This document shows, in pieces, positions 56,026-64,000 of a DNA stretch of 64,000 nt. The notes beneath the pieces are model-generated. The model did no database searches and was not told the DNA's origin. It saw only the letters and a program-made list of their open reading frames with translations. A program made the translations under genes and the position numbers. Source of the stretch: an uncultured Clostridia bacterium (GTDB taxonomy: Bacteria; Bacillota; Clostridia; Monoglobales; Monoglobaceae); contig CALDQB010000039.1 of assembly GCA_937911665.1 (NCBI GenBank), positions 14,601 through 78,600 of the forward strand. Reading direction: 5' to 3'. How positions within the stretch are numbered: the stretch's first letter is position 1; every line of letters begins with the position of its first letter.

Positions 56026-57348
56026 ATGGCAAAGGTAATCCCGTTTCGAGCACTTCGTTATAACCCCGATAAGATAACAGGTCTTTCGGATGTTACAACA
56101 CCGCCGTATGACATTATCTCAAAAGAAGAACAGCAGAATTTATATGACAGAAATCCGCACAACTTCATCCGTGTGGACTACGGGCAAGAGTATGACTCCG
56201 ACACCGATACAGATAACCGCTACACCCGTGGCGGAAAGGCTCTTAAGGAATGGATTGAAAATGAAATCCTTATCCGCGAGGATGCTCCTGCATTTTATAT
56301 TTATGAGCAAATTTTCTCGCTTGCGGGCGACAAAACCGCTCACTCGCTTAAAGGTCTCCTCTCACTCGTGGAATTGAGAGAGTTTGCAGACAGAGTGGTG
56401 CTTCCCCATGAGGACACCATTTCCAAGGCAAAGACAGACCGTCTTAATCTTATGCGCACTACGGGCGCGAACACAAGTCCCATTTACTCACTCTACCTCG
56501 ATGACGAAGAGACAATCTCAAGCTTGATTGAAAGCAACAGTGACGGTGCCCCCGACATATGCTTTACCTCCGATGAAAATGTAGAGCAGAGAATCTGGAT
56601 TGTAAAAGACAGCGAGACCGTTGCCAAAATTTCGGCATTGTTTGAAAATAAGCAGATTTTTATCGCAGATGGTCACCACAGATACGAAACCGCACTCAAT
56701 TACAGAAGAGAGCGTCACGAAGCAGATGGCACACCTGTTGGCAGCGCTGATTACGATTACGTTCTTATGATGCTCGTTTCGATATCAAACAGCGGGTTGT
56801 TCGTCTTCCCGACTCACCGTCTTGTTCGTGATATTGCGGGTTTTGACGAAATACTGTTGGTAAGCAGTCTTACCAATGAATTTTCCATCTCCAAGATACA
56901 TTTTACTGACGGAGATTATGCGGATATTATAACAAATCGTCTTTCCAATACTGTTGACGAAAAGCTTTTTGCTCTCTACACAGGCAAAAATTATTACTAT
57001 CTGCTAAAGCTTACCGATTTCGATGCGGTTTCTTCTATCGCATCCGACAGATCGGACACATATAAGAATCTTGATGTTACCATTTTGCACAAGCTCATTC
57101 TTGAAAACCAGCTTGGCATTGATGAAGAAAATATGAAGAGTCAGAAAAACCTCGTATATACAAGGGATGCGGCAGAAGCAGTTAAGTCGGTTCAAAGCGG
57201 CGAATATCAATGTGCCTTCCTGATTAACTCTACTAAACTGTCAGAAATACGCAATATCGCTCTGGAGTCAGAAAAAATGCCCCAGAAGTCAACTTATTTC
57301 TGGCCTAAACTTATAACAGGACTTGTTGTAAACAAGTTCGAAGACTAA
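56026..57348 (+). CDS. DUF1015 family protein
   Basis: MAKVIPFRALRYNPDKI...TTPPYDIIS, IADGHHRYETAL and FPTHRL motifs are typical of DUF1015. Confidence 0.85.
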   Translation: MAKVIPFRALRYNPDKITGLSDVTTPPYDIISKEEQQNLYDRNPHNFIRVDYGQEYDSDTDTDNRYTRGGKALKEWIENEILIREDAPAFYIYEQIFSLAGDKTAHSLKGLLSLVELREFADRVVLPHEDTISKAKTDRLNLMRTTGANTSPIYSLYLDDEETISSLIESNSDGAPDICFTSDENVEQRIWIVKDSETVAKISALFENKQIFIADGHHRYETALNYRRERHEADGTPVGSADYDYVLMMLVSISNSGLFVFPTHRLVRDIAGFDEILLVSSLTNEFSISKIHFTDGDYADIITNRLSNTVDEKLFALYTGKNYYYLLKLTDFDAVSSIASDRSDTYKNLDVTILHKLILENQLGIDEENMKSQKNLVYTRDAAEAVKSVQSGEYQCAFLINSTKLSEIRNIALESEKMPQKSTYFWPKLITGLVVNKFED

Positions 57349-57391
57349 TAACGTGAATTTTGCTTTTGCAAAATGAAAGGAATTGATACAG

Positions 57392-58615
57392 ATGAAAATA
57401 GCAATTATGGGCTTTGGTGTAGTCGGCAGCGGTGTCGGCGAAATTGTTTCAGGCTCACCTGATTCACTCAAAAAACGATGCGGCGAGGAAATTGAAATTG
57501 CCAGGATTCTGGACCTGCGTGATTTCCCCGACAGTAAATTCAACTGCTTTACCAAAGATTTCAACGACATCTTAAACGATGATGAAATCGGCGTTGTTGC
57601 CGAGGTAATGGGCGGCACAAAGCCTGCATACGAATTCACAAAACAGCTTTTAGAGGCGGGCAAGCACGTTGTAACCTCCAATAAAGAGCTTGTTGCCAAG
57701 CACGGAACCGAGCTTTTGGAGATTGCGCGCCAAAACAATGTAAACTATTTGTTTGAGGCAAGTGTCGGCGGCGGTATCCCTATTATCCGTCCCCTCTATT
57801 CAAGTCTTATTTCAAATGAGCTTACCGAGGTTATGGGTATCTTAAACGGTACCACCAACTACATATTAACCCAGATGATTAAAGAGGGTGCAAGCTTTGA
57901 AGACGCTCTCTTGGGCGCACAGAAAAACGGATATGCCGAAAAAGACCCCACCGCTGACGTTGAAGGCTTTGACACCTGCCGTAAGATTGCTATTTTGGCA
58001 TCTCTTGCGTTCGGCAAATATGTAAATAGCGAAGATATCCCCACAGAGGGAATTACTAAAATCACACTCGAAGACGTTGCCTATGCCGAAGAATTCGGCG
58101 CGGTTATCAAGCTTTTGGGTATGGCAAACCGCGACGGCGACGGCATCTATGCAAGAGTTTGTCCCGTTATGCTTAAAAAATCAAACCCCCTTGCGGGCAT
58201 CGACGATGTATTTAACGGCATTTTGGTCAAGGGCGATGCCCTCGGCGATGTTATGTTCTATGGCAGAGGTGCAGGCTCTCTTCCCACCGCAAGTGCGGTT
58301 GTATCTGATATTATGGACGCTGTCAAACACAAGGATACTCATATTATCCTTGGCTGGAGCGAGGGCAAAGACGGATATCTCAAAGACGGCGCAGAGCAGT
58401 CATTCAGATATTACGTTCGTCTCTCGGGTGACAGCAGCGCATCTTCTGCTTTCTGCCGTGACGGATTTAATGTTATTTCTCTTGACGGCGAAAAGTATGA
58501 AAATGAATTTGCAATTTTTACTCCTGAAATGACAGGGGTTGAATTTGAAAGCTTCAAGAAGAATGAATTAAGCAATTTCGATATTTTAGGCATCGTAAGA
58601 CTGGTGATGGATTAA
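57392..58615 (+). CDS. hom: Homoserine dehydrogenase
   Basis: KIAIMGFGVVGSGV Rossmann motif, VTSNKELVA, GILNGTTNYIL, C-terminal ACT-like part. Confidence 0.92.
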   Translation: MKIAIMGFGVVGSGVGEIVSGSPDSLKKRCGEEIEIARILDLRDFPDSKFNCFTKDFNDILNDDEIGVVAEVMGGTKPAYEFTKQLLEAGKHVVTSNKELVAKHGTELLEIARQNNVNYLFEASVGGGIPIIRPLYSSLISNELTEVMGILNGTTNYILTQMIKEGASFEDALLGAQKNGYAEKDPTADVEGFDTCRKIAILASLAFGKYVNSEDIPTEGITKITLEDVAYAEEFGAVIKLLGMANRDGDGIYARVCPVMLKKSNPLAGIDDVFNGILVKGDALGDVMFYGRGAGSLPTASAVVSDIMDAVKHKDTHIILGWSEGKDGYLKDGAEQSFRYYVRLSGDSSASSAFCRDGFNVISLDGEKYENEFAIFTPEMTGVEFESFKKNELSNFDILGIVRLVMD

Positions 58616-59511
58616 TGATAAAGGTTAGAATTCCTGCAACAAGCGCAAACCTTGGCGCAGGCTTTGACTGTTTGGGCATCTCTCTTGGACTTTACAACTA
58701 TGTTTCGGCAGAAGAGACCAACGGGGGACTTACCATAGATATAACCGACAGTACGGCAAAGTTTTTGCCAAAAGATGAGAGAAACCTCGTCTATCGTTCG
58801 ATGAAAGCATTATTTGACAAGGTAGGGTACTTGCCAAAAGGTATTCACCTTGTTCTTGAAAATAACATTCCCGTTACCAGAGGGCTTGGCAGCAGCAGCG
58901 CCGGCATAGTCGGCGGACTTATTGCAGCAAATGAATTGAGCGGGTCTCCGCTCTCTGCCGACGAATTACTCGATATAGCGGCAGAGATTGAGGGGCATCC
59001 TGACAACGTGGCTCCCGCTCTTCTCGGCGGGCTTACCGTGAACGTTCAGGGCGATGATAAAATTCATTATGTAAAATCAGAGATTCCTGATGATTTGGTT
59101 TTTGCAACTATTATCCCTGATTTCATTTTATCAACCAAACGCTCCCGCGGGGTAATCCCGAAAAGCATCTCGGTCAGGGACGCGGTCTTTAATATGGGTC
59201 GCTCTGCTCTGCTTGTTTCAAGCATAATGACAGGCAAATATGAAAATATCAAAACTGCGGTTGACGATAAAATTCATCAAAACTATCGTAAGCAATTCAT
59301 CCCGCATCTTGACGAATTGTTCAAGGCCGCATATGACGCAGGTGCGCTTGGCGTGTACTTAAGCGGGGCAGGTCCTTCGGCGGTTGCCATCGTGCGCAGG
59401 GATAATATTCAATTTGAAGAAATAATGAATCAGTTTTTAATAAGTAAAATGAACAACGCGGGGTTTCGAATGCTCAAGCCCGACAATACAGGCGCAGTTG
59501 TTTGTAAATAA
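58615..59511 (+). CDS. thrB: Homoserine kinase
   Basis: 298 aa. PATSANLGAGFD and GHMP motif GLGSSSAGIVGG. Confidence 0.93.
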   Translation: MIKVRIPATSANLGAGFDCLGISLGLYNYVSAEETNGGLTIDITDSTAKFLPKDERNLVYRSMKALFDKVGYLPKGIHLVLENNIPVTRGLGSSSAGIVGGLIAANELSGSPLSADELLDIAAEIEGHPDNVAPALLGGLTVNVQGDDKIHYVKSEIPDDLVFATIIPDFILSTKRSRGVIPKSISVRDAVFNMGRSALLVSSIMTGKYENIKTAVDDKIHQNYRKQFIPHLDELFKAAYDAGALGVYLSGAGPSAVAIVRRDNIQFEEIMNQFLISKMNNAGFRMLKPDNTGAVVCK

Positions 59512-59526
59512 TATGGAGGAATGAAT

Positions 59527-60732
59527 ATGGCACTTATTGTACAGAAATTTGGCGGAAGTTCAGTCGCTGATGCTGCCAAAGTAAACAATGTGGCAAACCG
59601 TGTTGTAGACACCGCAAGAGAAGGAAATCAGGTTGTGGTTGTTGTATCAGCACAGGGCGACACTACCGACGACCTCATAGAAAAGGCAAATGAAATAAAT
59701 CCTAACGCGTCAAAGCGCGAGATGGATATGCTGCTCTCAAGCGGCGAGCAAATTTCAATTGCTCTTCTTGCTATGGCAATTGAAAATCTTCACCACCCTG
59801 TTATATCCCTTACAGGCTGGCAGGCAGGTTTCGAAACCAACGCCACCCCCAGTAACGCAAGAATTAACCGCATTAATACAGAGCGTGTTCATGCAGAGCT
59901 TGACCGCAAAAACATTGTAATTGTTGCGGGTTTCCAGGGCATCAACAAATATGACGACATAACAACCCTCGGAAGAGGCGGAAGTGATACATCCGCCGTT
60001 GCTCTTGCAGCAGCACTCGGCGCTGATAAATGCGAAATTTACACAGATGTTGACGGCGTATATACCGCTGACCCGAGAATTGTTCCCGATGCTAAAAAGC
60101 TTGACGAAATCACATATGATGAAATGCTCGAGCTTGCAAGTCTCGGCGCTAACGTTCTTCACAACCGCTCGGTTGAAATGGCAAAGAAATATAATGTTAA
60201 ACTCGAAGTAAAGTCCAGCTTTCAAAAAGTAGAAGGAACCGTTGTTAAGGAGGTAACAGATATGGAAAAAATGTTAATAAGGGGCGTTGCCCGTGATAAT
60301 GATGTTGCAAGAGTCGCTATAATCGGCGTTGAGGATACTCCCGGAATTGCTTTCAGAGTATTTTCTACTTTGGCAAAGGAGGGTATCAATGTTGATATGA
60401 TTCTCCAGTCTATCGGAAGAGACGGCAGCAAGGATATTGCCTTCACCGTTAACAAGTCAAATCTTCAGAAGACACTCGACACTCTCGAATCTCTCCGTGG
60501 TACAATCACTTATCAGGAGGTTAACCACCGTGACGATTTGAGTAAGGTTTCAATCGTAGGTGCTGGTATGGTTAACAACCCCGGTGTTGCTGCTAAAATG
60601 TTTGAGGCTCTCTTTGATGCCAACATCAACATCCATATGATAGCAACTTCAGAAATTAAGGTTTCTGTTCTTATCAATGGCGCAAAGGCTGACCGTGCCG
60701 TACAGGTTATCCACGATAAATTTAATGTATAA
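59527..60732 (+). CDS. lysC: Aspartate kinase
   Basis: LIVQKFGGSSV, GRGGSDTSAV, two C-terminal ACT domains. Start at ATG 59527 behind GGAGGA. Confidence 0.93.
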   Translation: MALIVQKFGGSSVADAAKVNNVANRVVDTAREGNQVVVVVSAQGDTTDDLIEKANEINPNASKREMDMLLSSGEQISIALLAMAIENLHHPVISLTGWQAGFETNATPSNARINRINTERVHAELDRKNIVIVAGFQGINKYDDITTLGRGGSDTSAVALAAALGADKCEIYTDVDGVYTADPRIVPDAKKLDEITYDEMLELASLGANVLHNRSVEMAKKYNVKLEVKSSFQKVEGTVVKEVTDMEKMLIRGVARDNDVARVAIIGVEDTPGIAFRVFSTLAKEGINVDMILQSIGRDGSKDIAFTVNKSNLQKTLDTLESLRGTITYQEVNHRDDLSKVSIVGAGMVNNPGVAAKMFEALFDANINIHMIATSEIKVSVLINGAKADRAVQVIHDKFNV

Positions 60733-60749
60733 TTTAAGAATAGCAAAGG

Positions 60750-60832
60750 TCGCAGTGACGTTCACTACGATGCGGTTCATCGGATGAATCCCTCAGTCTC
60801 GGCTATGCCGAGACAATGCCGCAGCCTACGAT
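60750..60832 (+). other. Structured 3' region after lysC: hairpin plus 3-way-junction element flanked by 7-bp direct repeats
   Basis: Hairpin TCG-c-AGTGA-cgt-TCACT-a-CGA (60750-60770). Outer stem TGCGG (60771-75) / CCGCA (60819-23) encloses TTCAT-cgg-ATGAA (60776-88) and GTCTCGGC-tat-GCCGAGAC (60796-814). CTACGAT occurs at 60765-71 and 60826-32. Confidence 0.5.
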
Positions 60833-60833
60833 A

Positions 60834-60865
60834 AAAGGGAGAGCGAAATCAATCGTTCTCCCTTT
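60834..60865. terminator. Bidirectional terminator (lysC / Mn-catalase gene)
   Basis: AAAGGGAGAGCGA-aatcaa-TCGTTCTCCCTTT with T-rich flanks in both directions. Confidence 0.8.
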
Positions 60866-60904
60866 AAATTTACTGTCCCTAAACCCCGCAGGGGCGGAAT
60901 CTTT

Positions 60905-61570
60905 TTATTGATTAAAAGATGGTTTTGACACATCTGTGTTTGAAAAGCTGTTGTCCCCGGGCTCTGACATACTGAAATACATTTTTGCCGCCTTGGTCGT
61001 ACCAAAATCACGATTCGAGCCGCTGTTCTGCACCTTGTTGAAAGCTTCCCTGAACATTGCATTATGTGCTTCCTCCCGGTTGAGAAGAAAATCTATAGTT
61101 TCCTTTACCTTTTTATCATCAATCTGTCTGTATAAATATTCATAAACAACCTTTGCTCTCTGCTCCGAAGCAATGTTTGAAAGCAAGTCGGCGCACAAGT
61201 CCCCTGTCACACTTACATAATCTCCCGTCCAGGAATATCCCGATGCATTCATCAGCCCCGGGTTGAGTCCAAGGAGCACGTGAGTTTGAATTTCTCCCGC
61301 AGGGACAGATCTTGCATCTACATCATGCCCATTGAGCAAATTTATGGTTTGTGCAATCATTTCCATATGCCCAAGCTCTTCTGCCGCTATATCCAGAAAT
61401 AAATCCTTTATCTCCGGATCCTTTATTCTAAAGCTCTGCGACATATATTGCATAGCCGCCTTTAGCTCACCGTTTGCTCCGCCAAGCTGCTCCTGCAGAA
61501 GTGCCGCATATTGGGGGTTGGGTTTTTCTACGGATACTGGATGAAATAACATTTTCTCGTGTTTAAACAT
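60905..61570 (-). CDS. Manganese catalase family protein (CotJC-like)
   Basis: 221 aa. GGANGELKAAMQYMSQSF and AAEELGHMEMI di-metal ligand motifs. Confidence 0.85.
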   Translation of the reverse strand: MFKHEKMLFHPVSVEKPNPQYAALLQEQLGGANGELKAAMQYMSQSFRIKDPEIKDLFLDIAAEELGHMEMIAQTINLLNGHDVDARSVPAGEIQTHVLLGLNPGLMNASGYSWTGDYVSVTGDLCADLLSNIASEQRAKVVYEYLYRQIDDKKVKETIDFLLNREEAHNAMFREAFNKVQNSGSNRDFGTTKAAKMYFSMSEPGDNSFSNTDVSKPSFNQ

Positions 61571-61689
61571 AATAATTACCTGCCTTTATTTTGATTTGCC
61601 GTTATTATTTCTTATATATTCAAAATTTATTCTATCCCCGTACCGTAACTCCCCAAAAAGTGACTGCTCAATTTATACCTTGCCTGCAA

Positions 61690-62493
61690 TTATCCGGGGA
61701 AGACTCCCGCTCTGTCGGCTATTACGAGAATTCGCAAAAGCTCGTCGGTTAGATTAAGGCCGTTTTCGTCACCTTTTAATGCACCGCTCTCTACGAGCTT
61801 TGCAATCGTCGGTCTTGCCCAGTCGGGCATATTGCCGTCAACATAATTATAGACCATAGGATGTGTATAATTATAAAGTTCTGTTGCCAAAAGCTTTACC
61901 GTTTCGGTAAGCTCTTTTATTTCATTTTTAAGCTCTTCATATTGCGTCACGCTCAATCCCCCCTCGCTTTCTTCAATTTTTTCGCCCGTTATTGCCTCTG
62001 CAATTTTTAAGGCAATTACCCGAGCGCCAACTCTTTTATAAAGCTCTGCATCTTCTTTGTTATCCACGAAGCAAACCTCCAGCAATACCGACGGCGCTTT
62101 GGTATTCTTTATTACATAAAGATTTGAGCCATCCTTTATTCCTCTGTCCTTAAACCCCAGAGAATAAAGGGCGGATTTCATTTTTCCCGCTCCGCCTATA
62201 TCTCCGCTTCCGTATGTATAAACCTCGCAGCCGCTGCCGCCACCTGCGTTGAAATGAATTGACAAAAACACATCCAGAGGCTGTGCATTTGCAAGCGCAC
62301 AGATTTTTTTGAGATTTGCAGCAACCGATGCAGCCTTGTCATCTGTGCAATCGATTACTGTGTGTCCCTGTCCTTTTAATATTTCCATCAAGGCATATCC
62401 AACCGCTCTCGTTTCATCGCTTTCAATCAAAAATCCCGTCGCACCGCTGCCAACTCCGCTTTTTGTATGGCCGCAGTTTATTCCTATTCTCAT
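61690..62493 (-). CDS. Phage-type endolysin: N-acetylmuramoyl-L-alanine amidase (Amidase_3) with coiled-coil linker and SLH-like C-terminal module
   Basis: 267 aa. RIGINCGHT, SIHFNAGGG, LEVCFVDN. C-terminal MPDWARPTIAKLVESGALKGDENGLNLTDELLRILVIADRAG resembles an SLH repeat. Confidence 0.85.
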   Translation of the reverse strand: MRIGINCGHTKSGVGSGATGFLIESDETRAVGYALMEILKGQGHTVIDCTDDKAASVAANLKKICALANAQPLDVFLSIHFNAGGGSGCEVYTYGSGDIGGAGKMKSALYSLGFKDRGIKDGSNLYVIKNTKAPSVLLEVCFVDNKEDAELYKRVGARVIALKIAEAITGEKIEESEGGLSVTQYEELKNEIKELTETVKLLATELYNYTHPMVYNYVDGNMPDWARPTIAKLVESGALKGDENGLNLTDELLRILVIADRAGVFPG

Positions 62494-62511
62494 ACCTCCA
62501 TCTCCTCCTGC

Positions 62512-62748
62512 TTACTGCTCTTTAAACTTATTCATAATCATATCTGCCTCTCTTGCCGCCTTTGTAAAGCTGTTATTTTTCCACCATGCACAAACAGACG
62601 CTATCATAGTAAAGCACAAGCTTGTAAGCTGATATATGCTATCCTCGGCAATGGGCAGCTCCTCGCGACCCATAATTGCCATACCCTGATTTAAAAGCGC
62701 AAGAACCAAGCAAATTGTTCTTGCTATTGTACCTGCTGATACAGTCAT
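62512..62748 (-). CDS. xhlB: Phage holin, XhlB / SPP1-holin family
   Basis: 78 aa. GTIARTICLVLALLNQGMAIMG..., second TM, then AWWKNNSFTKAA. Closely parallels B. subtilis PBSX XhlB (GTVIRTVLLLIALINQ...AAWFKNNYVT). Confidence 0.8.
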   Translation of the reverse strand: MTVSAGTIARTICLVLALLNQGMAIMGREELPIAEDSIYQLTSLCFTMIASVCAWWKNNSFTKAAREADMIMNKFKEQ

Positions 62749-62790
62749 AAAACTTCCTCCTTATTAAATATATATTCTGAAAATCCTGAT

Positions 62791-63054
62791 TTATTTCACA
62801 ATAAAACTTACAACCGCCGCAATTATTGCCGTAATAATTCCATTTATTATATGGTCATATCTTTTGGCGGGCTTTGCCTCCATATTACCCATTTTTTCTA
62901 TAAGCTCATTAAGATCCCGACGCATATACTTCATTTCGACAACAATTTTTGTAAGACTCTTGTTACTGTCTGCCAATTCGTCAATTCGGTGATGTGCCGA
63001 TTTCACCGATTGCTCGACATACGTAATTCTTTCCCCAAATTCCTGCTCATTCAT
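62791..63054 (-). CDS. xhlA: XhlA-family (haemolysin XhlA) lysis-associated membrane protein
   Basis: 87 aa from ATG 63054 (GGAGG RBS). Coiled-coil N-part and a single C-terminal TM IINGIITAIIAAVVSFIV. Position upstream of holin+amidase as in PBSX. Confidence 0.65.
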   Translation of the reverse strand: MNEQEFGERITYVEQSVKSAHHRIDELADSNKSLTKIVVEMKYMRRDLNELIEKMGNMEAKPAKRYDHIINGIITAIIAAVVSFIVK

Positions 63055-63126
63055 AAGATGCCTCCTTTCTGCCCCCATTTTTAAATATAAGGCATTTAAT
63101 AGTGCCAAATCGTGCCAACCGCATAA

Positions 63127-63161
63127 AAAAAGAGATTAGACAAATTTGTCTAATCTCTTTT
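63127..63161 (-). terminator. Terminator of the YidE/YbjL-type transporter gene
   Basis: AAAGAGATTAGACAA-at-TTGTCTAATCTCTTT followed by a T-run on the minus strand. Confidence 0.8.
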
Positions 63162-63177
63162 AAACTTATAATATCAA

Positions 63178-64000
63178 CTAAAATAAAATTATTAAGAACT
63201 GTGAAACTAAAACTACTGCAATAAGTGCAATAGGATATGTTGCCGCATAGGCTGCCGCCACATCCTCTGTCTTTGCAACATTTATAAGAGTGCCAAGTGC
63301 AGGTGTACTTGTCATACCGCCCGTAATTGAACCGAGGGTATTGAGCAAGTTGAGCTTGAGTATATGTTTAGCAAAGAGAAATCCCAAAATCATAGGGATG
63401 GTGGTCATTATTGCTCCATACACAAAATATATCAACTTAAAATTCTCTATAAAGCTTGCTCCGCCTGCTATTCCCGCACCAATAAGGAACAGGGTAAGTC
63501 CTAATTCTCTCAGAACTTTCAAGGTTGTATCTTTCGGCATAATACTTATTCTGCCAGCCCTTTTAAAATGACCGAACACAAGTGCCGCAAGCAAGCAACC
63601 TCCTGTTGTAGTCAGCGAAAACGTAGTTCCGCCAAGACCAGCTGAGGTAAGCGGAACTTTAATCATTCCCACAATCACACCAATAACTGCCGCAACCACA
63701 AATGGAAAAAATCCGAAAGAATCAAATTCTATCAATTTCCCTTTGTAGCCCTCCTCTTGAGGCGCATCTGTCTTTTGTCCGAGTAATTCTCTTTCTTTCT
63801 CCATATCCGCTTTTACAATTTTAGGTACAAGCTGAACAAACAAGACAACTCCTATAACGCCAAATATATACGCTATGCCGTTTCCTACAGCGACAAGGTC
63901 CTCATATGCTTCGCCAACCGTTGCCTTTGCTGCAGAAAATGCGGGTGTTGATGTAAGCGCCCCCGAAAGCAGTCCGGATACTATTGCGGTAAACTTATCA
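63178..64000 (-). CDS. YidE/YbjL (AAE family) putative transporter, C-terminal part; N-terminus lies beyond the right edge
   Basis: Frame stays open upstream of the track start (63843) to base 64000 (..SGLLSGALTSTPAFSAAKATVGEAYEDLVAVGNGIAYIFGVIGVVL..). Repeated GGxTSTPAL-type motifs (GGMTSTPALG). Confidence 0.8.
   Translation of the reverse strand, partial: DKFTAIVSGLLSGALTSTPAFSAAKATVGEAYEDLVAVGNGIAYIFGVIGVVLFVQLVPKIVKADMEKERELLGQKTDAPQEEGYKGKLIEFDSFGFFPFVVAAVIGVIVGMIKVPLTSAGLGGTTFSLTTTGGCLLAALVFGHFKRAGRISIMPKDTTLKVLRELGLTLFLIGAGIAGGASFIENFKLIYFVYGAIMTTIPMILGFLFAKHILKLNLLNTLGSITGGMTSTPALGTLINVAKTEDVAAAYAATYPIALIAVVLVSQFLIILF

Overview
This window looks like a chromosomal segment of a spore-forming Firmicute, probably Clostridia. 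The basis is spoIIE, yabP/yabQ/divIC, an SLH-domain wall protein, a two-subunit transketolase, GGAGG ribosome-binding sites and TTGACA/TATAAT-type promoters. I call about 66 protein genes, 2 tRNAs (Arg-ACG, Ser-GGA), one transposase pseudogene and a set of promoters and terminators.

Most of the content is tightly packed housekeeping:
- recG-yloV-asp23, and a yhaO/yhaN-like nuclease/ATPase pair
- a sporulation/division block
- trkAH and purine salvage
- a yabM-mazG-yabO block
- dinB and murA
- a dnaA-mnmE-dnaD-like-dnaI/C-like block
- cysE-cysS-mrnC
- parE/parC-like topoisomerase and PBP1A
- hom-thrB-lysC

I see no CRISPR array, rRNA, intact IS element or intact prophage.

The parts these features do not explain, and which I consider most worth follow-up:
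1. A 170-bp array of TGTGAAATA/TATTTCACA 9-mers interleaved with different mini-hairpins, next to tRNA-Ser.
2. An adjacent decayed HUH/Y1 (RAYT-like) transposase gene carrying three GTAG-flanked GC hairpins (REP-like).
3. A 122-bp near-perfect palindrome flanked by 15-bp direct repeats.
4. dnaA in a non-canonical, apparently operonic context, with no recognisable DnaA boxes upstream.
5. A self-contained lipoprotein / XRE / histidine-less GHKL-kinase-like operon.
6. An orphan xhlA-xhlB-amidase lysis cassette.
7. A Rad50-like ATPase with a membrane hairpin where the zinc hook would be.

All functional calls come from reading motifs by eye. No database search was possible, and none of these candidates is established as a new system.
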